A stretch of 63,264 nt of DNA, counting the filler, from Octopus bimaculoides (Eukaryota), in assembly GCF_001194135.2 (NCBI RefSeq). It is 6 parts of 6 records of this genome, joined end to end, with 100 filler letters (N's around TTAATTAATTAA, not from the genome) between each part and the next. Parts side by side here need not be neighbours in the genome. Positions count along the whole stretch, not along the records: positions 18,873 to 46,001 come from NC_068987.1; positions 46,102 to 57,465 come from NC_068984.1; 4 more parts are not named here. The stretch is one strand, 5' to 3'. The translations under genes were made by a program, and so were the position numbers. The notes below the pieces were generated by a model. It saw only the letters and a program-made list of their open reading frames with translations. It searched no databases and was not told where the DNA came from. How positions within the stretch are numbered: position 1 is the first letter of the stretch; each line of letters starts with the position of its first letter. Positions 42,324 to 53,020 of the stretch are shown piece after piece.

Positions 42324-42788
42324 TAGTTATCGCCAAGCCAACATAGCAGTCCCCAAAAAAATAGGACGAATGCTGCCGTTGATTAGCTCCAAGGGGCCAT
42401 TGCCTCTAGCTATCTATGTGACACACGAACCTGTGTCCATAGCTAGCTAGAGGCGATGACCTCTTGGAGCTAATCAATGGCAGCATTCATCCTATTGTTT
42501 GGACTGCCATGTTGGCTTGGCGATAACTATCAATATCCATAATGGACACAGGTTTGTGTGTCACATAGCTAGCTAGAGGTGATGGCCTCTTGGAGCTAAT
42601 CAACGGCAGTATTCGTCCTATTTTTTGGACTGCCATGTTGGCTTGGCGATAACTATTAANNNNNNNNNNCCATAATGGACACAGGTTTGTGTGTCACATA
42701 GCTAGCTAGAGGTGATGGCCTCTTGGAGCTAATCAACGGCAGTATTCGTCCTATTTTTTGGACTGCCATGTTGGCTTGGCGATAACTA
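42324..42788. mobile_element. Palindromic MITE-like element (42324-42529) followed by two extra copies of one arm
   Basis: Termini tagttatcgccaagccaacat / atgttggcttggcgataacta are reverse complements; no coding capacity. Confidence 0.65.
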
Positions 42789-43536
42789 TTAATATCCAGT
42801 ACTGCTGCCATAGTCTCCTTTAGAGAGACTTAGAAATATTAATATTTCTACTTTTTATATTTCACAACTACAAAATAGATTTGTTTCAGTGTTGTCTCAA
42901 CTCATTTCTTCTGTCAAGCCCATCTCTATGTTTCATTGGTTTATTCCAGTGATGTCTACTATTCATATTATTTTTGCCCATTACCTTGACATACCTGTTA
43001 TTTCTGTTTCTATACCACATTTCCTAAATGTTACTGCTATCATGATCATCAGGATAACATTTTCCTGCAGGATCTGATTAGCTAACTAAGGGATAAGTAT
43101 GGTAGTCAATAGACTTGTAATAATCATTTTTACTATAAGCACAAGGCCTGAAATTTGGGGGAAGAGACTAATCGATTACACCGAAAAGATGAAGGGCAAA
43201 GTAGCGACAGATGAAATAAGCATTTGCCCAGTGTACTAATGATTTTGCCAGCTTGCCACCCTAATATTCTTGTTATGGTAGCAATAAATGAATGGCTATC
43301 TCTCAGTTGTTCTCATTAATTTTATGATTGAGCAGCTAATGATATAACATGTGTCCTATGTTCAAAAATTCAGACCACTACCTGCTGTTTATTTCAGCCC
43401 TCAAGTTATTCTAATACATTTTACAGTTCTTTCTGTCACATTTTTGACAAAGTGTATGATTAGAATTTAAAAGGAAACAATGAAACTACAACAAACTAAT
43501 TTTGTATTTTTAAATTGTACTTATTTTGTATTTTAG

Positions 43537-43620
43537 GGAATTTGGCGCTGTCAAGAGCTTTAGGAGATTTTGTTTTCAAGAAGAATGATAAGAAAAAACC
43601 AGAAGAACAGATTGTAACAG
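43537..43620 (+). CDS. PP2C/PPM phosphatase internal exon: (G)NLALSRALGDFVFKKNDKKKPEEQIVT
   Basis: Hallmark GNLALSRALGD motif; ttttag acceptor, gtttgt donor; phase 1/1, in frame with the previous exon. Confidence 0.96.
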
Positions 43621-44949
43621 GTTTGTATAATCGATTATTCCTTTATGATGTTTTATAACAAATTGTTTGTTTATTTTCCATAGGAACTGTTTCATTTCAT
43701 GTTATTACTGTTGTTTAGTTTCAGACCAGTCATGGCAGAGTAAAGCTGTGATTGAAGATGTTGTAGCTGTAACTATCCCATATTTTTTTTAGAGGTAGTT
43801 GCATGTAATTTGAGGGAAATTTGCTTGCTGTTTTTAGGAGGTTGTGTGACTCATTTGTTTAATTTCATTTTGTGTGTTAGAATATATATAGACAAATAGA
43901 TATTAAATATATTATGGGGATGATGCGGGCTGCAAATGTCAGAGATCAAGATATTCAAATTGTTGCTGTATGGCAATCCCAGCTGTCATAGAAATATTGA
44001 TGGGGGCGGGGGGGAACTGATGAGGATTATTGATAATATCAGTGTTATCATTGATTAATTTACATAAAGACACTATGTTCTGATCTATTTATAAATAATA
44101 TTTTGGTTATTTTCATTTAGAGGCTTAGGTATTACTCTTATTACATATTGTGACCTGAAAGAGTTTTGACTGAGTTTGAGCTAAGTGCTTCAGTGTTTTT
44201 TGTTTGATTAAAATCAAATACCCCAGTCAGATTTAGGGTTTGTTCACATACTAATAAAAGTTTACCATTGCATTCTATATGTTGAACCAAACAAATCTAG
44301 TTGGTATGCTCTCAAACACTGCTGATGGTGGTTCATTTACTAGGTTTTAGTAAAATAACATTTGGTTTTTGTGTTTGTTTTGTACCCTGTGTATGCTCTG
44401 CGCATTACTTAAGCTTAATCCCTTGTTGGCTATTGTCTTTCACTAATGCATCTTTTGTCTGATGAATTTTTATTTATGTGTTTATTATACTTGGATTGTC
44501 AAAGTCTAAGTCATTTTGTTATTGGTGATTGGCCCCTTCTCACTAAGCTTTTCATTCATTCATTGATTTCTGTGAAAAACTCGTTTAGCCAAGTCATTGC
44601 ACTGTTTCCCACCAGTCTAAACCAAAGACTTTGGCCATTAGACTAAGTTCATTGCATTTTCTCCCTTTCTTTCAGATGAAGTTATTTTGTTGGTGAAATA
44701 CTGCTAGAGCAAAATTCAAGGAGTATAGATATAGATATTGAACATATAATGGTTTGATGTAGAGTTATTGGTGTGCAAGGATAGAAATCTTAGGAAAATA
44801 TACTAGATTAGATATATTTTACCTGTCTTTACTTTTTATCTTCTTTCATTTTCTTGTTAGCAAGTAAGTATAAAATATAAGTATCTTTGTATCATATATA
44901 TAATGGATATAAAATACATATTATAAATTTATTTTAGCATACAGTAAGT

Positions 44950-45235
44950 TACTTGGTGACTCTGTTGGTACCATGTAAAAAGCATCCAGTCCACTCTGTT
45001 AAGTGGTTGGCATTTGGAAGGACATCTAGCTGTAAAAACCATGCCAAAACTGACCTTGCCTGTGGTGGTGTGATGTAAAAAGCACTCAGTCCACTCTAAG
45101 GGATAGTTGGTGTTAGGAAGGGTATCCAACTGTAAAAACCATGCCGAAACAGACTGTAGTCTGGTGTAGTCTTCTACCTGGCTGGCTCCTGTCAAACCAT
45201 CCAATCCATGCCAGCATGGACGATGGACATTAAAG
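44950..45235 (+). mobile_element. Old RTE 3' UTR fragment with internal tandem units
   Basis: Repeated gtaaaaagca..cagtccactc..gttgg..ggaagg..atc..actgtaaaaaccatgcc, ending catgccagcatggacgatggacattaaa. Confidence 0.7.
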
Positions 45236-45412
45236 ATTATATATATATATATGGTACTGGTGCCACATGAAAAACATCCAGTACTCCATTCAGTGAGAGA
45301 TAGATATTATTTAATATACACAGTATTTAAATATGAGCTACTAATAGTTTCATGCTGTGGAAACAATAATTTATATACAATTAAACCTTGGGAGAGGCAT
45401 TATGCCGGTAAT

Positions 45413-46001
45413 AAACACACGCACTGGTTCAGTCCTTTATTAATTTATATAGTTTTTTGTTAAATTATTTCATTGCACTCTTGCAATCTCTTCAGTAACT
45501 TGTCTCTCCACTTCCATTTATTTTGAATGTATGATTTGGCGTTGTTTTGAAACTGTTCGGTATGAGCATGTGAGTGTGTGCAAGCTCGTATGTGTGCACA
45601 CTCATATGTGTGCACACACTTATGTGTTCGTGCTTATATGTAATTATGTGTGTTTGTAACAATTTCGTTTATATCAGATCAGATAGAGACTTTGGACTTG
45701 GTTTTCCAAAGTCTCTATCTGATCTGATATAAACGAAATTGTTACAAACACACATATGGACACACATACTTACATATAAGCAAGAACACATAAGTACGTG
45801 CACACATATGAGCGTGCACACATACGAGCTTGCACACACTCACATGCTCATACCAAACAGTTTCAAAACAACGCCAAATCATACATTCAAAATAAAAGGA
45901 AGTGGAGAGACAAGTTACTGAAGAGATTGCAAGAGTGCAATGAAATAATTTAACAAAAAAACTATATAAATTAATAAAGGACTGAACCAGTGCATGTGTT
46001 T
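45413..46001. repeat. Long inverted repeat: arms 45413-45696 and 45705-46001, 8-nt loop
   Basis: Arms compared base by base; a few substitutions and one ~13-nt indel. Confidence 0.92.
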
Positions 46002-46101
46002 NNNNNNNNNNNNNNNNNNNNNNNNNNNNNNNNNNNNNNNNNNNNTTAATTAATTAANNNNNNNNNNNNNNNNNNNNNNNNNNNNNNNNNNNNNNNNNNN
46101 N

Positions 46102-46377
46102 GTAGGATTTTCGAGTGAGATCGTTGCCAGTGCCCCCGGACTGGCTTGTGCGGGTGGCACATAAAAGACACCATTTCGAGCGTGGCCGTTTTCGTGCGGG
46201 TGACACGTAAAAGCACCCACTACACTCTCTGAGTGGTTGGCGTTAGGAAGGGCATCCAGCTGTAGAAACTCTGCCAAATTAGATTGGAGCCTGGTGTTGC
46301 CATCCGGTTTCACCAGTCCTCAGTCAAATCGTCCAACCCATGCTAGCATGGAAAGCGGACGTTAAACGATGATGATT
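46102..46377 (+). mobile_element. Young RTE LINE 3' fragment with (GAT)n tail
   Basis: Near-identical to 29071-29265; CpGs retained; 5' side lost in a gap. Confidence 0.85.
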
Positions 46378-46867
46378 AAGTGGATAAAAAATAAGGTAGT
46401 TTTTCCCTACAGCTAAGTGAACTGGAGCAATATAAAATTATAGTGTTCTTATATGTTTACAAAACACCAGCAACAGATTAAAAGTCATGGATTATAAGCT
46501 GTAGTTGTCTGCTTGTATTTTGCTTTTAAAAATCTTGATCTCACATTGAAAATATGTCTATCCTAGTCTCTGAAACTGTAATAACTGAAATCTAAACCAG
46601 AGCAATAGATTTAATTCTTCTAAAACCCTTGGGGATAATTGGCTTTAAAGAAAGGAATCCACAAGAAACCCATTGTGAACGGTTCCACAGGTATACCAGG
46701 TTTTCTTTTATTTCACAAAACTGACTAAAATTTAATACTGTGCATTAAATATGTCAAACAAATATTATTTTATCGTGGTTAGACCATAAACATTGTACTT
46801 ATTTTTAAGTTTCTATGGGTCGAAGCAAAGAAAAGGTTTCTCTTTTCTGGATCATTTAATATATTAC

Positions 46868-46902
<35 letters not shown>

Positions 46903-49218
46903 NNNNNNNNNNNNNNNNNNNNNNNNNNNNNNNNNTAAAATACAATATTGTCTGCTCAAATAATGATAATTATCACAAATATGATAATGTTGATCTTATT
47001 AGAGAGCAAGTGATTGAATGAGATTTTATTTATTAATATGGAAATTTGCTCCCATTAAATTTACAAATTCTGGTAATTGTTTTTTTTTTTGTATTCTTAA
47101 TTCAGTGAAAATACTGTAACCATCATCATTTGGACACCACATAAAGAGTAAGTTCAATTCAAAAGATGTAGTGAATGTGAGTGTGGCTAAAACTGAAGTG
47201 CTAATAAATAGCAGAAAGTACAAAAGCCCAATAACTTTAGAAAAGAGGCCTTGTTCAGTATGTATGAAACTTAATGCCAATGATGAGTCTACAGAAAATG
47301 CATTATCTCTCTGACAGAATAATAAAAAATGAGAAATTTAGATGCATTTATTTGTAGTTCTAAAGTAACTATTAGTAGAGCAGCTGTACATTTTAATACC
47401 TGCTGATTGCACAGGTAGATTGCAGCATGTAGTAGTTTTGTTATATTACTTTATTGATTAATTCCATATAAGGTAGTGTGACATTTTTAGCTTGACCAAG
47501 CAACTAACAGTACAATTAGTATTGATATACATCTAAAAAAATCAACAGACAAATTTATTTTTAGCTCTATGGCTGAGTGGTAAGATATTTGATTATCAAC
47601 CACATGATTTTAGGTTCAGTCCCACCGAGTGGCACCTTGGTTAAGTGCCTTCTACTATTGCCCCAGGTTGACCAAAGTCTTGTGAATGGATTTAACTAAA
47701 AGGAACTTGTCATATTTCTGTGTGTTACTGTCTCCTTGTCTTGACTTCTTATGACAGCTGCAAATGAGTGCTGCCATCATGCAAGTGGTATTCTTCATTT
47801 CAAATCCTCCATAAAAACATGTCTGGTCATCGAGAAACATTACCTTATTTGGAAACAGGTGAGAGCAGAAAACAAGAAAGGCATCCGGCAATAGAAAAAC
47901 CTGTCTCAATAAATTCTATCAGACCCATGCATGCATTTGGCTGAGGTCGACTTTGCTTTTTATCCTTTCGGGGATCGATAAATTAAGTACCAGTTGCGTA
48001 CTGGAGTCGATCTAATCGACTGGCTCCTGTCTAGAGTAGAAAAGAATAAATTTGATATGAAGTCAAGATCCAAGAAAAAAAAAAGTGAATATCTGAGTTC
48101 CTTCCCCTTGGCCAAACTTCTTCAACAAAATCAACGAGTTTCATGTCTCTAGAGATATCGATATTGGTCATGGATGTGCTTTCTCACAACTGGATTTGCA
48201 TTTTAAAATTTTCAATCTTTTTATCAATTACTTTGTTCTACACAGCAGGGGATGTCTTCCTCATAAGTTACATTCATACTTTCACCTTTGCAAAGTTAAA
48301 GTAGAGAAACAACCAAGAGAACTGGATTGCCAGAATTAATAGAACATGGACAAAATGGAGAGGGGAAATCTGCCACATGGAACAAGGATAAATAAAAACG
48401 AAGGAGTTGCACTCATCATTGCATGTTGTCACAATATCTATTAATTATAGTTATCTTTTACTTGTTTTAGTCATTAGACTGCAGCCATGCTGCAGCACCA
48501 TCTTGAAGTATTTTTAGTCAAATGAATCAACCCCCACTACTCATTGTCTTTTAAGCCTGGTGCTTAATCTGTTGATCTCTTTTAATAAGCTAAGTTTGGG
48601 GGTGGGGCATAAACACACCAACATTGGTTGTCAGGTGGTGGTAGGTGGGGGGGCAAACATAAACACACACAGATCAATGCATTTTATTGTTCTTTTTCAA
48701 CAGATGCTAGTTATTGCAACTAAAANNNNNNNNNNNNNNNNNNNNNNNNNNNNNNNNNNNNNNNNNNNNNNNNNNNNNNNNNNNNNNNNNNNNNNNNNNN
48801 NNNNNNNNNNNNNNNNNNNNNNNNNNNNNNNNNNNNNNNNNNNNNNNNNNNNNNNNNNNNNNNNNNNNNNNNNNNNNNNNNNNNNNNNNNNNNNNNNNNN
48901 NNNNNNNNNNNNNNNNNNNNNNNNNNNNNNNNNNNNNNNNNNNNNNNNNNNNNNNNNNNNNNNNNNNNNNNNNNNNNNNNNNNNNNNNNNNNNNNNNNNN
49001 NNNNNNNNNNNNNNNNNNNNNNNNNNNNNNNNNNNNNNNNNNNNNNNNNNNNNNNNNNNNNNNNNNNNNNNNNNNNNNNNNNNNNNNNNNNNNNNNNNNN
49101 NNNNNNNNNNNNNNNNNNNNNNNNNNNNNNNNNNNNNNNNNNNNNNNNNNNNNNNNNNNNNNNNNNNNNNNNNNNNNNNNNNNNNNNNNNNNNNNNNNNN
49201 NNNNNNNNNNNNNNNNNN

Positions 49219-49735
49219 GTAAAGATGGACGAAATACCGCTAACGTTTCTGCCAGCTCGCCGCCTTGGGAGACAAAATATAATGGGAGATGTAAGCAGTA
49301 ACAATCCTTTCTACTTTAGGCACAAAGGCCTGAAATTTTGGGAGACAGGGCTAGTTGATGATCTCAGCCCAAGTGCTTAACTCATACTTATTTCATCAAT
49401 TCTGAAAGGCAAAGTCAACCATAGCAGAATTTGAACTTAGGATGTAAAAACAGATGAACTGCCACAAAGCATATTGTTTGGCTTGCTAATAAATTTGCCA
49501 GCTTGTCATCTTAATGTAAGTAGTAATAATGATTTCAAATTTTGGCACAAGGCCAGCAATTCCAAGGGTCAGGGTAGGTCTATTAAATCAACACCCAGTG
49601 CTCAACTGGTACTTATTTTACCAACCCTGAAATGATGAAAGGCAAAATCAACAATGGCAGAATTTAAACTTAAAATGTAACCCTAACCCTAAGCATTTGT
49701 CTGCCGTGCTAATGACTTTGCTAGCTCGCCATCTT
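49219..49735 (-). mobile_element. Cluster of minus-strand family B SINE copies
   Basis: ccgctaacgtttctgccagctcgccgcctt is the reverse complement of the family B head; two further decayed bodies follow. Confidence 0.75.
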
Positions 49736-50416
49736 AATCTGAAGTAGTAATAACCATGTTGGCCTGTACTCATACAGTAATGTAGTATGAATGACTATGT
49801 TGGTCTGTACACATAATGCTATGAATAATAAAGGTTGAGAGGAAAAGAAGCTCTGATGATAGTGGGAACCAAAGAAGAAGAATTGTTGTTTAGCCATAGA
49901 TTGATTTTGATCAAGTAGATTTCTAATCAAAAGCAATCCAGCTGTGGCTATCCTGTCTTTCTCTGATGTGTAGTGAATCCGGAACAAGATTGTCCAATGT
50001 ATCTTTTTCTCAAATGGTGGGATGTGGTTTGAAGGAAATTAAGCTGCTATTTCCAGCCAGTTGAGTACTCTTTAATTTCAAATTTCAGCAAACTGTTGTA
50101 TCCCTAATTCTATTGCCGTTTACAATATATTGACTGTGTTACATGCCTAACTATCATGATATGAAACAGGGATTAGCAAGTTCTTTTTTTGATGGTCAAC
50201 TTTTGATTTTTTTCTAACATTTGTCAAAGGCTCCCATATATAACTCACAGATAAAAACATCCTTTATACCTCCACCCATTTCCATTACAAGCAATGTTTA
50301 ACGACAAAAATTAAATCACGATTTAAAAGACTGAAAGTTATGAATTGCTCACTAGCTCACAAATACATTAAATTTGGGCATACGTGCACAAGACTGTCCC
50401 TCCACCCCAACATTTG

Positions 50417-51030
50417 TTTCCTCATAACTTTCGGAAAATGGATATTTTTTTTACTAAATTTTCAATAAATTCGCTTCAGCTGGTGTAGATTCCGATTATT
50501 TCATAATTTGGGAAAAAAAGTGGAGAGGGGCTTCGGAAAATTTACACTAGTCAGAGGTATTTCCTCATAACTTTCAGAAACATGGGTATTTTTTAAAGAA
50601 ATTTTCAACAAATACCTTTCAAAGTGTGTAGATTACAATTACATTGGAATTTAATATGATGAAAAAAAATAATAATAAATTGATAGGCACGCACACATCA
50701 CATACATCTACAAAATGAAACTTGTAATTTCGAAAGAAAATCGTGTGCGTCAATATGTTTATGTGCGTGTTACTTTTTTTTAATGTTAAATTCCTATATA
50801 ATCGCGATCTGCAAGGTATTTGTAGAAAATTTCATATAAAGTACCAATTTTCCTCCAAGTTATAGGGAGACGATGCCGACTAGGTTGAATTTTCCGAAGC
50901 TCCTCTCTTCCTCTTTTTCACAACAAATTCCTATATAATCAAAATCTACACAATCTGAAGCGTATTTGTAAGAAATTTCATTGAAAGATGTCCATTTTTC
51001 TGGAAGTTACGAGGAAAGAAAGTCGGTGGG
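50417..51030. repeat. Diverged foldback element: two ~140-bp direct units facing two inverted units
   Basis: tttcctcataactttc...aaattttc..caaata...gtgtagatt at 50417 and 50558, mirrored by reverse-complement units at ~50775-50870 and ~50880-51030. Confidence 0.6.
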
Positions 51031-51713
51031 AGCCTACATTTGAAAGAAATACCTCATCGATCTATTTGTTCCTGACCCCAAAGTAACTTCAACTTGAAAG
51101 ATTAATTGTAAAAGATCAAGAGAAGAATTTAAATATAGATGAATGACTGACCCGCAATAAAATAAACTGTTGTATATACCTTTATCTTTTCCACTTTATA
51201 CTGCGCTTCCATTTTCAAAAAACAAAACTGCCTCTAATCGGATAATAAAGAATGTGAGGTTTTTAAAAACTTGGAAACATCTAAATTATTTCTTTTAAAA
51301 AGTGATATTACCCCCATCTTACTCCTAAAATAGTTTAAGGCTGTAAATGAACAATGAGAACCTATTTCAAAATGTCAAGGTGTCGATCGTGTTGATCTTT
51401 TTTGGCAAACAGATAACGGTTATAATCGAGTTTATGAAAATAATTATTGGATGATGGTAAATATGATATGTCACGTTTCTAATGATCATAGAACAGTACG
51501 AAGTAAGAATAAAATTTTAAATAATTCTTTTAAGTTTAATTCTGAGAGATAACAAAAAATTGACGACTGCTTATTCAGCGAGAAGTTGCAAAAGAAAACA
51601 ATAGTCTAACGGCGAATATAATTGACAGGTGGCATTTAAAAGTTTAACAATTTTAATATCAGTTCAATTAATGGCACTAAAATATTTAAAAATATATTTA
51701 AACTTTTATACTG

Positions 51714-52709
51714 TTACGAAGGCCATGTTACCACTCTTTCGGCTTCGTCTATCAAAGTCCAGTTAGGTGAGTGGACATCTGTAGATAACCAGTTAAAGTC
51801 ATCAATTAAATTCCAGTTATTACGTGAACGATTTAACCCTGACAATTCGTAATGGTCGTCTATCTCCGGATAGTCCCAGTTGTAAGGAGCGAAGGCAACT
51901 TCTGTACATTCTTCGATAATAGCCCGACTAGTAACATGGATGTAGAAGTGACACTTCTGGCTTTGATGGATGCGTAATTGCTGACAGCCTAACACAAAGG
52001 TACAGTTAGAACAATCGTTAATAAATATAGCAGAAGACACGGGTCCACAGAAAACTTTGCAATCCTTTAGGAAGTTAACATGGACAGCTGATGGTGCACC
52101 GTAGAGTTTAACAGTACAGTCTGTCAGTTTTGTCAGAAGAACGTCCTCTTTATTCGTCTCTTCGGCTTCTTTGATTAAAGTTTCGTTTTCTCGGTCGGCG
52201 AAATGACATTCAGTAAGACTAATCTCCAGCTCGTCTGTTTTGCTTTCCTCAATTTTTGGTGTAGGATCACTTCGAATTTTTTCTGAGAATTTCTTCTTAC
52301 TTCTGAAAGCAAATTTCTTTTTTGGAAGAACAGCATCCTTCTTATTCAGAAGGTCATTTTTCAGGTTATTTATCTCAATTTGAGCTCTTCTTAAAACCGC
52401 AGCCGGTAAAAATATCGCAGATTCCGTCACATATTTCTGAAGTTCCCCCAAAGACACTGTTATTTCTTCGAATCTATTTAACAGGGTACTTTTCTCCAAG
52501 CTTTCACAAGTACTTAAAAACTCTTCGATTAATCTCTTCTCTCTTTGAATGCTTTCGAGAAAGAAATCAACATTTTCTTTTTCTGAAGTATTCAAAAGCT
52601 TTTTTTCGGTTCGTTTTTTGATAATATTGTGTCTTTCATCTTCCCTAGCTTGTAGTTTAGATGTGATAGAAGCTTTCTTGGCTTCGACATCTTCTCCGGG
52701 TGTCGCCAT
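51714..52709 (-). CDS. TBCC: Tubulin-specific chaperone C (tubulin-folding cofactor C), single exon, 331 aa
   Basis: Uninterrupted ORF with N-terminal helical domain (LQKYVTESAIFLPAAVLRRAQ, KKKFAF) and C-CAP/cofactor-C domain (CGPVSSAIFINDC, GCQQLRIH, HVTSRAIIEEC, FAPYNWDY, NNWNLIDDFNWL, SPNW). Confidence 0.97.
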   Translation of the reverse strand: MATPGEDVEAKKASITSKLQAREDERHNIIKKRTEKKLLNTSEKENVDFFLESIQREKRLIEEFLSTCESLEKSTLLNRFEEITVSLGELQKYVTESAIFLPAAVLRRAQIEINNLKNDLLNKKDAVLPKKKFAFRSKKKFSEKIRSDPTPKIEESKTDELEISLTECHFADRENETLIKEAEETNKEDVLLTKLTDCTVKLYGAPSAVHVNFLKDCKVFCGPVSSAIFINDCSNCTFVLGCQQLRIHQSQKCHFYIHVTSRAIIEECTEVAFAPYNWDYPEIDDHYELSGLNRSRNNWNLIDDFNWLSTDVHSPNWTLIDEAERVVTWPS

Positions 52710-52749
52710 GTTGATGTTTGATATGAAGGCCGCTTACATCAAATACAAA

Positions 52750-53020
52750 TGGCTCTGAATCATCACTGCTTTATAGTCATCGTAAGTAATTATAATTTTT
52801 CAGTTTGTTTAGCTCTGGGTAATTTTGATATTACGTAATTCTCAGCAGCTACCATGTATTTTAGCTGCATTTGTGTGCGTTAAGATCGATAAACTGTAGA
52901 ATTGTCGAACTTGTCTATTAAATTAGGGTACTATTAAAGCAGTATGGTCCCGAACGCTCAGTCGCGCGTCCGGGACCATGCTGCTTTAGTAGTACCTTAA
53001 ATTAGTGTTAACGTATTTGA
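52750..53020 (-). promoter_or_regulatory. Probable TBCC promoter/5' region: locally CpG-rich, with a palindrome
   Basis: Directly upstream of the ATG at 52709; CpG cluster (cgaacgctcagtcgcgcgtccgg); position-based inference. Confidence 0.5.

Noticed and set aside
51714-52709. Intronless TBCC as a possible retrogene
   Set aside because: TBCC is single-exon in other animals such as human; the ORF is intact with no poly(A) or TSD scar
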